Shown piece by piece: positions 41,119 through 52,052 of a DNA stretch of 64,000 nt (position 1 is the first letter of the stretch; each line of letters starts with the position of its first letter). The notes beneath the pieces were generated by a model. It searched no databases. It was not told where the DNA came from and saw nothing but the letters and a program-made list of their open reading frames with translations. The position numbers and the translations under genes were made by a program. Source of the DNA: Moniliella sp. 'wahieum' (taxonomy: Eukaryota); contig RSEE01000003.1 of NCBI GenBank assembly GCA_003971905.1, positions 806,001 to 870,000 on the forward strand, in the 5' to 3' direction.

Positions 41119-42187
41119 TCACCACTGCTGAACAGTGGACAAGGACATGGCGCCCAAAGTGAGGGCGCCGGTATTGGCACTTTGCTGCCGCAGAACGTCG
41201 CCCGACGTGGGCGCTTCGAAGAGAAAGAGGGAAAAGGGCACCAGGACCAAAACCAACTCATCTGCCCCAGGCGCAAAACGCACCATCATCGTAGGCTCGG
41301 GCTGGGTGTAGTCGAACCCACCTTCGGCGACCCAGTCGCCTAGCGCCACCCCGGACTCATCCACAGGGGTCACCGTCCACCTTCGCGTAGCCATCTGCCG
41401 ACGGAACCGGTAATATACCTCCGCTTTCGATCCTTGCTCACCAGGCGGCGAGGAGATCAGACGCATATCGCTCGCACCCCAATGCACTCGATCGGGAATG
41501 GGACTGACGAGCCGAACGCTGCCCTGTCCATGGGCGAGGGTGGCACTGATCAACTCGGACTCTGCCTGCTTCGTGGTCCTCGACGCCTTTTGTCGATCGG
41601 AAGGTGAGGCCACCGTAGCCCAGAGCACTGTCTCGTCCTGGCCATCGAGCAAGACATGCGTCGAGCCAGGCACGACCGTCGACTCCTGGGACTGCTGGCC
41701 TTTGGAACGAGAAATGCATGCTTGGCTTTGCCCATCGTCTCTTTGATACTCAGGGACCGAATGGTGAATTGTGCTTCCCGCGAGATTGGGTCCTGCACCA
41801 CAGCGAGGAATCAGTCAGTGATGCAACAAACCGGATTTCCTTCTGTTCCTTCAGTCAGAGACGAACGGCAACCCACTTGCTCTGTGCGCCTAGCAAGCCC
41901 TTGGCTTGGGAAATCTCGAGCGACCTTGCTTCCGAGGATACGAAGCGCGGATCGAGCGGCACGAGCGGCGCGAGCTGAAGGGGCGATTGATGCTTGACAT
42001 CCCCTCGCGCCCCAGCGGCAGCGGCGGCATATGCTGCGGGATCCACGGGCGCGTGGGAGGTGGAGGCGTCAAAGGAAGGGGGCGCATTTTCTGCGCCTGG
42101 CGCCAAGTACGGCGGCAGAGTGTCTCGCTCGTGGGCGGTGTCGACGGCACTGGCGCTGGGTGGTGTGCTTTTCTTGAGGATGGTCAT
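41119..42187 (-). CDS. Tandem family copy 1: PY-motif, Tubby-C/LURP1/scramblase-like hypothetical protein
   Basis: MTILKK...LPPY...PPSF...KWVAV|DPISREAQF...MVRFAPGADELVLVLVPFSLFLFE...QW*. The intron donor near 41863 lacks 3 nt relative to copy 2 (probable sequencing error). Fold assignment is inference. Confidence 0.75.
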
Positions 42188-45100
42188 GGTGGGCGGGTAG
42201 GATGATCGAGAGGGAGCGCACCACGACGGATTAAGAGGGGCAAAGCAAGTAATGAGGCGGGCTCAGAGGGACGATGCACATGCACAGGGGAGGACACTGT
42301 GACTGGATGGGGACAGGTGCGTGTAGGGTGGTGCGGCGCGAAGTTGGGTTGCGCGTTTGACTGCGCGGCACGCTTGGTGGGACTGGGCTGGTGATGGTTG
42401 CGATGGATTAACCTGCCCGATACAGATCCACATGGATAGCCAGCCGCACCCTGACGCACCTGGATCGAGCATCCCATCTGTCCGGTGCAGAGGGGCAGCG
42501 CCCAACACGCCAAGTTCTGCCGTCCCACGCGTCACGCAGGGGCGTTGTGGATGATGTCATGCAGAGATCGTCGTCGCTGCAAGATACATGATGGATGATG
42601 CATGACGCGTGACGAGTGATGCCTGAGTTACGTCGACCCAAAGTCGGCAGGTGCAGACGACTGCGACTGGGATACAACAGTACCGGGTACCCCGGCTAAA
42701 CCAAGTCTCTCAATCTCAAAGATAAGAAAGATCTATGGAACAAAAGGTCATCTACACATCCAGTGGGTACGCGTGTGTGACCCATAACTCCCACCCGTCG
42801 ATTGGAGCCTTGGGTCTCGACATGGCCGAGAGGCCATCGGCGAGGCTCCTCCCATCGATCCAATGGGTCCGGTGGAAGGGGGGAAAGGAAGGGCGACTGA
42901 CACCTGCCAAAAACCGTTTTGATCTCATTAGAACCCTTGTTACCGGTTACCTGTTACCCCTTATACCAGTGGCATGAGACAGCCCTTCATGTAATGGGCT
43001 AGATAGCATAGATTTGAGGATAGTAAGGTCTTTAGCATCAGCGAAACCAAGGGTATCGTGGAAATCAGTGGAATTAGAAAAAGGGGATCCATGTCGATAG
43101 TTCCATCTCCGTTTGAGCCTCCTTTCTCGCTCCTCGTGGGGTCAATGGATTCACCACTGGGCATTAGATAAGGTCAAGGAAGTAAGGGTGAACACAGGGC
43201 CAGGATTGGGATTTTCTTGGCGCAGAACGTCGCGCGATGTTGGCCCTTCGAAGATAAAGAGGAAAAAGGGCACTAGAACCAAAATCAACTCATCCGCCCC
43301 AGGCGCAAAACGCACCATCATCGTGCGCTCCGGTTGGGTGTAGTCAAACCCACCTTCGGCTACCCATCGCCTAGCACCACCCCGGACTCATCCACAGGAG
43401 TCACCGTCCACCGTCGCGTAGCGTTTGCCGACGGAACCGATAATATACCTCATCCTTCGTAGACCCTGGGCCCTCCTCCGGGATCCCAGAGGGCGAGCAT
43501 ATCAGACGCATATCGCTCGCACCCCAATGCACTCGATCGGGAATAGGACTGACAAACCGAATGCTGCCCTGTCCATGGGCGAGGGTGGCACTGATCAACT
43601 CGGACTCTGCCTGCTTCGTGGTCCTCGACGCCTTTTGTCGATCGGAAGGTGAGGCCACCGTAGCCCAGAGCACTGTCTCGTCCTGGCCATCGAGCAAGAC
43701 ATGCGTCGAGCCAGGCACGACCGTCGACTCCTGGGACTGCTGGCCTTTGGAACGAGAAAATGCATGCTTGGCTTTGCCCATCGTCTCTTTGATACTCAGG
43801 GACCGAATGGTGAATTGTGCTTCCCGCGAGATTGGGTCCTGCACCACAGCGAGGAATCAGTCAGTGATGCCAACAAAACCGGATTTCCTTCTGTTCCTTC
43901 AGTCAGAGACGTACAACGGCAACCCACTTGCTCTGTGCGCCTAGCAAGCCCTTGGCTTGGGAAATCTCGAGCGACCTTGCTTCCGAGGATACGAAGCGCG
44001 GATCGAGCGGCACGAGCGGCGCGAGCTGAAGGGGCGATTGATGCTTGACATCCCTCGCGCCCCAGCGGCAGCGGCGGCATATGCTGCTGCGGGATCCACG
44101 GGCGCGTGGGAGGTGGAGGCGTCAAAGGAAGGGGGCGCATTTTCTGCGCCTGGCGCCAAGTACGGCGGCAGAGTGTCTCGCTCGTGGGCGGTGTCGACGG
44201 CACTGGCGCTGGGTGGTGTGCTTTTCTTGAGGATGGTCATGGTGGGCGGGTAGGATGATCGAGAGGGAGCGCACCACGACGGATTAAGAGGGGCAAAGCA
44301 AGTAATGAGGCGGGCTCAGAGGGACGATGCACATGCACAGGGGAGGACACTGTGACTGGATGGGGACAGGTGCGTGTAGGGTGGTGCGGCGCGAAGTTGG
44401 GTTGCGCGTTTGACTGCGCGGCACGCTTGGTGGGACTGGGCTGGTGATGGTTGCGATGGATTAACCTGCCCGATACAGATCCACATGGAGCCAGCCGCAC
44501 CCTGACGCACCTGGATCGAGCATCCCATCTGTCCGGTGCAGAGGGGCAGCGCCCAACACGCCAAGTTCTGCCGTCCCACGCGTCACGCAGGGGCGTTGTG
44601 GATGATGTCATGCAGAGATCGTCGTCGCTGCAAGATACATGATGGATGATGCATGACGCGTGACGAGTGATGCCTGAGTTACGTCGACCCAAAGTCGGCA
44701 GGTGCAGACGACTGCGACTGGGATACAACAGTACGGGTACCCCGGCTAAACCAAGTCTCTCAATCTCAAAGATAAGAAAGATCTATGGAACAAAAGGTCA
44801 TCTACACATCCAGTGGGTACGCGTGTGTGACCCATAACTCCCACCCGTCGATTGGAGCCTTGGGGTCTCGACATGGCCGAGAGGCCATCGGCGAGGCTCC
44901 TCCCATCGATCCAATGGGTCCGGTGGAAGGGGGAAAGGAAGGGCGACTGACACCTGCCAAAAACCGTTTTGATCTCATTAGAACCCTTGTTACCGGTTAC
45001 CTGTTACCCCTTATACCAGTGGCATGAGACAGCCCTTCATGTAATGGGCTAGATAGCATAGATTTGAGGATAGTAAGGTCTTTAGCATCAGCGAAACCAA

Positions 45101-45663
45101 GGGTATCGTGGAAATCAGTGGAATTAGAAAAAGGGGATCCATGTCGATAGTTCCATCTCCGTTGAGCCTCCTTTCTCGCTCTCGTGGGTCAATGGATTCA
45201 CCACTGGGCATTAGATAAGGTCAAGGAAGTAAGGGTGAACACAGGGCCAGGATTGGGATTTTCTTGGCGCAGAACGTCGCGCGATGTTGGCCCTTCGAAG
45301 ATAAAGAGGAAAAAGGGCACTAGAACCAAAATCAACTCATCCGCCCAGGCGCAAAACGCACCATCATCGTGCGCTCCGGTTGGGGTAGTCAAACCCACCT
45401 TCGGCTACCCAGTCGCCTAGCCCACCCCGGACTCATCCACAGGAGTCACCGTCCACCGTCGCGTAGCAGTTTGCCGACGGAACCGATAATATACCTCATC
45501 CTTCGTAGACCCTGGGCCCTCCTCCGGGATCCCAGAGGGCGAGCATATCAGACGCATATCGCTCGCACCCCAATGCACTCGATCGGGAATAGGACTGACA
45601 AACCGAATGCTGCCCTGTCCATGGGCGAGGGTGGCACTGATCAACTCGGACTCTGCCTGCTTC
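41518..45663. repeat. Near-identical direct tandem duplication, unit about 2045 bp
   Basis: About 41518-43562 matches about 43563-45608, including the intergenic spacer (e.g. 42190-43150 vs 44243-45197). Visible differences are almost all small indels. Confidence 0.92.
43151..44240 (-). CDS. Tandem family copy 2 (chimera: 5' part as copy 1, 3' part as copy 3)
   Basis: Same protein; intron 43839-43914 (GTACGT...CTGAC...CAG); ends NAQW* like copy 3. Confidence 0.75.
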
Positions 45664-46269
45664 ATGGTCCTCGACACCTTTTGTCGATCGAAAGGCGAGG
45701 CCACCGTAGCCCAGAGCACTGCCTCGTCCTGGCCATCGAGCAAGACGTGCGTCGAACCAGGCAGACAGTCGACCCCTGGGGCTGCTTGCCTTTGGAACGG
45801 GAAAATGCATGCTTGGCTTTGCCCATCGTCTCTTTGATACTACGGGACCGAATGGTGAATTGCGCTTCCCGCGAAATTGGATCCTGCACCACAGCGAGAA
45901 ATCAGTTAGTGGCACAACAACCGGATTTCCTTCTAAGCCGTCCAGTCAAGACGTACAACGGCAACCCCTTGCTCAGTGCGCCTAACAAGCCCTTGGCTTG
46001 GGAAATCTCGAGTGAGCGTGCCTCCGAGGATACGAAGCGCGGATCGAGCGGCGCGAGCTGAACGGCCGGATGATGCTTGACATCCCCCGCGCCCCAGCGG
46101 CGGCGGCGGCATCTGCTGCTGCGGGATGCACGGGCGCGTGGGAGGTGGAGGCGTCAAAGGATGGGGGGGCGTCTTCTGTGCCTGGCGCCAAGTACGGCGG
46201 CAGAGCGTCTGGCTCGTGAGGGGTCGTGACACTGGCGCTGGGTGATGTGCTTTTCTTGAGGATGGTCAT
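45198..46269 (-). CDS. Tandem family copy 3
   Basis: Diverged paralogue MTILKKSTSPS...; intron 45884-45956; ends NAQW*. Confidence 0.75.
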
Positions 46270-47448
46270 GGTGGGCGGGTGGGATGACCGAGAGGGAGCG
46301 CACCACGACGGGTTAAGAGGGGCAGAGCAAGTGATGAGGTGGGCTCGGAGGGACGATGTACATGCAGTGGGGGCCCTGAGGGACTGCGACTGGGTTGGAA
46401 CAGGGGCGCGTATAGTCGTGTAGCGCGAGTTCGTTTTCGTGTTGACTGCGCGGCGCGCTTAGCGGGGATGGGACGTTTGATGGTGGTGCGATGGATTAAT
46501 CTGCCCGATACAGCTCCATATGGACAGCCGGTCGCACCCTTGCCCTGCCGCACCCGGATCCCATCTCTCCAGTGCAGAGGACTCCGCAGCGGACAAGATG
46601 CCTTGTTCCGCCGTCTCACACAGGGGCGTCGTGCATCGTGGATGATGTCATGGAGAGATCGTCGTCGCTGCACGATGCATGATGCATGACGAGTGATGTC
46701 TGAGTTGACCCAAAGTCGGCAGGTGCAGACGACTGCAACTGGGATGCAAACGTACCCCGGCTAAACCACGTCTGTCACTCTCAAGGATGTCATCCATCAT
46801 ACATCATGCATCATGCTGCTCCGACAAGGCCTTCTTTCTTTGGCTCCAGTGGGCGACAGGGATGGCAGGTGTGCGAACAGGGGATGGGTTCCGCTCTCTC
46901 CTTCGTCCGTCCGCGTCAAGCTTGAACGGGAAAACACACGTATTGGACGCGCCTGGCCAAACACCGCTCCGTGCCGCCGGCATGCATCCAGCAGAGCTGT
47001 TGGTGGGATGTGCGCCGCGCATTCGTACTGTTGACACCTGAAGGTTGTTCCGCCAGAAAGGGTTAGCGTATATTGCTCTGGATATCGATGGATTCTTCAT
47101 TCAGGTTGTATGTGGGATAGTGCCTTATACTATACCAGAGGGAAAAGCAATAACCATTCATCACACCCTTTACAACACGCGAGATGAGAGATAGACAAGT
47201 GCAAGAAGATATCTTATGTTGTGTATTAGAACTAGAGGACCACCGAGCCTATGGCCCGGTCAGCTGGGGCTTCAACCCAGCTTGGTGCTTGGTCGCCACC
47301 GTAGCCAGCGTTCCACAGTGCATCACCGAATTCGAGGGTATCGCTGTGGTGTCGATCAGTGAAATACCTGGAGGTCAGAACGAGGACCGTGGTGATAGTT
47401 GCATTGGGTCGAGCGGTCTTTCCCGCTCGGAGTGGGGTAACGGTGTGG

Positions 47449-48540
47449 TCACCATTGGGGATCAGGTAAGGTTCTCATTGCAGGAAACATAATAGCGCCA
47501 GAATTGTGGCTTCGCTGGCGAAGAAGTTCACGGGGCGTGGGCACTTCGAAGAGTAAGAGGAAAAAGGGCACCAGGACCATAACCAGTTCATCCGCCCCGG
47601 AGCCAAACGCACCATCATTGTGGATTCCGGTTGGGTGTAGTCGAACCCACCTTCGGCGACCCAGTCGCCTAGCGCCACCCCGGACTCATCCACAGGGGTC
47701 ACCGTCCACCGTCGCGTAGCAATCTGCCGACGGAACCGATAATATACCTCATCCCTCGTAGACCCTGGGCCCTTCTCCGGGCTCCCAGAGGGCGAGCAGG
47801 TTAGGCGCATATCGCTCGCACCCCAACGAACTCGATCGGGAATGGGACTGACCAGTCGTGCTCTTCCTTGTCCATAGGCCAGCGTGGCATTGAGGAGCTC
47901 GGTCTCTTTGTTTAGCATGTTCCGCGAGGACTTTTGTCGATCTAAAGGCGAGGCCACCGTAGCCCAGAGCACTGTCTCGTCCTGGCCATCGAGCAAGACA
48001 TGCGTCGAGCCGGGTTGCCACAGTCGACCCCTGGGGCTGCTTGCCTTTAGAACGGGAAAAGGCTTGCTTGGCTTTGCCCATCGTCTCTTTGATACTGAGG
48101 GACCGAATGGTAAATTGCGCTTCCCGCGAGATTGGGTCCTGCATCGCCGTGAATAGAAGTACAAGGTGGTCGTCGTCAGTGATGCACAACCAGCCGGATT
48201 TCCTTCTTTCCTTCAGTCAGATACGTACAACAGCAACCCACTTGTTAAGTGCGCCTAACAAGCCCTTGGCTTGGGAAATCTCGAGCGAGCGTGCTTCTGA
48301 GGAGACAAAGTGGGGGTCGAGCGGCACGAGCGGCGAATGATGCTTGACGTCCCCCCGCGTCCCGGCGGCGGCGGCAGCTGCTGCTCCCGCGGGATCCAAG
48401 GGCGCGTGGGAGGTCGAGGCGTCAAAGGATGGGGGGACGTCTTGTGTGCCTGGCGCCAAGTACGGCGGCAGAGCGTCTGGCTCGTGGGCCGTCTCAGCGA
48501 TACTGGCGCTGGGTGGTATGCTTTTCTTGAGGATGCTCAT
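47449..48540 (-). CDS. Tandem family copy 4 (most diverged)
   Basis: MSILKKSIPPS...; intron 48139-48228; ends DPQW* after one frame correction. Confidence 0.75.
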
Positions 48541-49423
48541 GGTGGGCGGGTAGGATGGCCGAGGGAGCGCGCCATGAAGGACTAAAATAAGTAGAGCAAG
48601 TGGTGAGGTGGGCTCACAGGGACGAACATGCACTGGGGGCCCTGAGGGGTGCAACTGGTGCGTTGGAACGGGGGCGCGTATAGTCGTGTAGCGCGAGTTC
48701 GTTTTCGTGTTTGACTGCGCCGCGCGCTTAGCGGGGCTGGGACGTTTGATGGTGTTAGTGAAGTCTGCCCGATATCTGCAGAGATCCACATGGTGGGCAG
48801 CCGCTTCCGGACTCCACATCTCCAGTGCAGCGGGGCAACGAGCATCGCCTTGCTCTATCGTACCAGGCACAGGGGCTGTGGATGATGTCATGATGACGAT
48901 CGTCGTCGCTCCACATTCCTGTGCATCAGAATTGATGCAAAAAGTTGGCAGGTGCGGACGACTAACTGGACTGACTGGGTATGTATAAGTAACCCGGCTA
49001 AACCAAGTCTCTCAATGTGCATCTCATGCATGAGAGGGGCCTATCTCCTTGGCCCCGGCTGGCGAGACGGATGGTAGATTGCGCGGACAGGGCATAGATT
49101 CCGCTCTCCCTTTCATTTTCAGATCGCAACGATAGTGAACGTTGAACGTTGAACATTCAACGTAACGTTCAACTTCAACGTTCAAGCTAATGTCCAGTTG
49201 AAGCTTCGAGCTTCACAGCTTCACCGGTCACGATCACCCATTGGCACCGCCTGGGCGCCACCCCATTGATTGCTTAGCGCTTATTGGGTGGTGATGGATA
49301 TCTCCCACATCGTCCCTGTGTATTTCCTCGCCTTCTGCCCCTCCTCCCAACCACGCTCACTAGTCATTGGCCAATCGCGCCTTCAGCGCTGCCATGAACA
49401 CCGTCATTCCCTGTTGAGGCATC

Positions 49424-51388
49424 ATGTCCCAGCCACCTGCGCCCGCCCTCCCCCGCCTCGACCTCCGGCGCCGTCGCGCCCCTCTCCCGCCGACCGAGCC
49501 TGGTGGCTTTGATTCACTCCATGACTTGCTGGCCGAGGCTGGGTACAAAGAGACACGCATCGTCACCCCCACCGCATCTACTCTGCGTGCAGATCCTGGT
49601 AGCCCTCCTGTCCAGGACGAGCCTTGCAACATCACCAACAACAATGAAGATCACGAGCCCAACGAGGCTACCACTTGCATCGATACCTCTACCATGTCAG
49701 CCAAAGTCACCTCTGATACGCATTGCCCATTGGCCGAACACTGTTCCCGTCCGGCCTTTGGTGTGATCGATGACAACCCCCCGGGGCTGGGCCGTCGCCT
49801 ATCCGAGTGGTGGCGGCGCAAATCTCTCGACCCTATCGCTGCGCCGCTCAGCACACTTCGCCCGCGCCCTGGTATGAATATGACGCAAAGAGGAGATTCG
49901 GACCACCCCGACCGTTGAGTGCGGGAGGTGCTGGCTTGGACCCAGTACCGGGATCTAGCAGCCTCAGGCCGCAATGCTCCGCGACCACAAAACACGTCTG
50001 AAAGTTTATCGTTCTCTCGTCGTCTCCGCTGCTACCCAGACTGCCTCGCGCAGTATCGCGGAAGGCAGGCGCAAGCGCGGGTCGCTGCATGAGGAGGATC
50101 TCTGGTGCCCTGATAATAGTCCCGGTCAAGCGAGTCTTCCCTCGCCTGCACCCTCTGATGGAAACCCACGACCAGCGCCCCCCTTTCCCGCGCCCCCGGC
50201 AGAGTGCCTCGCTTGCGTCATTCCATCAGTCCCAAAGCCAGACGGTCTGCATCCTATGATCCTTCCTCTCCCCCTAGTTGGAACCCACACCGCGTCTCGG
50301 CCCCAGTCTTGACCGATGAAGCCCTGTTTGGACTTGGAACACTCGAATTTTCCTCATCCCCGGCCCCAGCGCCGCGGGAGCAAAAACAACTTGTGGCGTG
50401 CCAGTGTGGTGCTGCACGAAGACCAAGAAGGCATTCCTCCATTGCTGGGAAAAGGGCCCGTGGATGTGCTGAGCCACGCGTCAGCCAACCATCAGCCCCG
50501 ACCTGTCAGTGACAGCGCCAAGCCCATACCCCCAGGTGGAACCCAAGCCATGCCGTCCAATGCACCTTCGTCGGCCCGCTCAGCGGGGAACAGACGCGGA
50601 TCCATTCCCTTCTCTCCTCGCCTGCGGCTGACCCTGTGCTCAGTCCCCAAGAGGCCGTCGCCTTACGCAACAGCTCCTGCCTATTCCCCACCCATTTGCG
50701 CAAGTACCACTCGGTCGAAGTCCTCCGTGCCGCTTTGGCCAACTGGTCCCCCGAGGGCTCGCTTACCAACGAAGAGAGCGAGCATGCCCTCCCCATTACA
50801 GTGCAAAACGAGTCCACAGCTCAACCGAGGCCAATTTCAGCTCGTCAAAACCGTCCTACCCCGCCTTCCCTCGTCCTCTCCTCGCCCACCTCGACCGACC
50901 CACGACCTTTGGTCCTCGAAGGTGCCGAGTTTGAACCGCACAGTGTTTCCCTGTTCCCAGCTAGACGCACATCCTTCATCTCCCTTCGTTTAGGGCTGGC
51001 CAAGCCCGCCCTCGCCCCGGGACGTGCGCGCGCTTCCTCCTCGCCACGACATGCCCAATCGTCTCATGGGTCGCAGCCGCCGTCCCGACCTTCACATTCG
51101 CCCCAGGTGACAAAACGGCACGACGTGGAACCTACATCAGCCCTGCTGCGCTCTTTCTCGGACAACATGCATTCCCTTGCCATTGCTACTACCCGACCCA
51201 ACCCCTGCGAACAGAGCCAGAAGTTCTACGGTCTCCCTTGGCTTTCTCTTCTGCAGCCGCGGAGATGTTGGTTGCGACCTGCATCCCTGCCCCTACAGCG
51301 TGCCCGAAATGGAGGAAGGGAGCAACGTGTGCCTCGTCTTCCCCATTCCCCCCTCTGGCGCTCCCCCTGGGTGCCCCTCGTCCCGTGA
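49424..51388 (+). CDS. Pro/Ser-rich hypothetical protein
   Basis: atcATG start; N-terminal motif SLHDLLAEAGYKETRIVTP resembles one I recall from uncharacterised basidiomycete proteins; continues through frameshifted ORFs. The 3' end is uncertain. Confidence 0.55.
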
Positions 51389-51964
51389 ACGTGGATGTTT
51401 GCCATACCAAGGTGCCTGCTCATCCCTTTCTACCGTACCGCCAGGATGGTCACGCGGGACCATCCTTTCGCTTTGCCTTGACTTCTGTCATTACTTTCTG
51501 CGTATTGCTCTTTTTTCTGGTATCATTCCCTTTGTATACCTCTCGAAGGCCCGGGGCGGCACGATGCCTATTTTTTGTGGGGATTCACTAGTGACTAGTG
51601 ACTAGTGACTGGTGTGCGCTGCGTAAAGACGTTTGTGCTTGCGCTATTTACGCTTCCCCCAGCTCAGCTTTGTGCTTGCTCCTTCCCATCCATCACCACC
51701 ACCACCTGCTACGATATATACCTCACTTGCCTCATCACCTCTTCTCTCTTGCTTATGGTTTGTTCCCGTTACATATGCTTTTCTGCTGCTGTTGATGTGC
51801 TTATCCTTATCTGTGTTTGCATGCCCTTGGGGCGAAATTTGCCTTGCTCTCCCCTCCGGCACGTTCTATCTGTAGCAAATGGGTGCATAGACGTAGGCAT
51901 AACCTAACAGTAGGCCTTGGAAGGGGTGAATCACCTGTGTGGGGATATCAAGGGGGACAAAAAA

Positions 51965-52052
51965 CGAATCCTGCCGGGGTCGAACCGACGACCATTACCA
52001 TGACTCTCAGGCGAAGCCGGAAAGTAACACTCTACCACTGAGCTAAGGATCC
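51965..52052 (-). tRNA. tRNA-Arg(CCG) with 16-nt intron
   Basis: Reverse complement: acceptor GGATCCT/AGGATTC, A-box TAGCTCAGTGGTAGAG, anticodon arm TTACT-TT-CCG-G...GGTAA, T-arm GTCGG-TTCGACC-CCGGC, T6 terminator. Confidence 0.9.

Noticed and set aside
41119..48540. Repeats as a CRISPR array or LTR element
   Set aside because: The units are intron-containing genes plus spacers; no short repeat-spacer structure, cas genes, or RT/integrase motifs.
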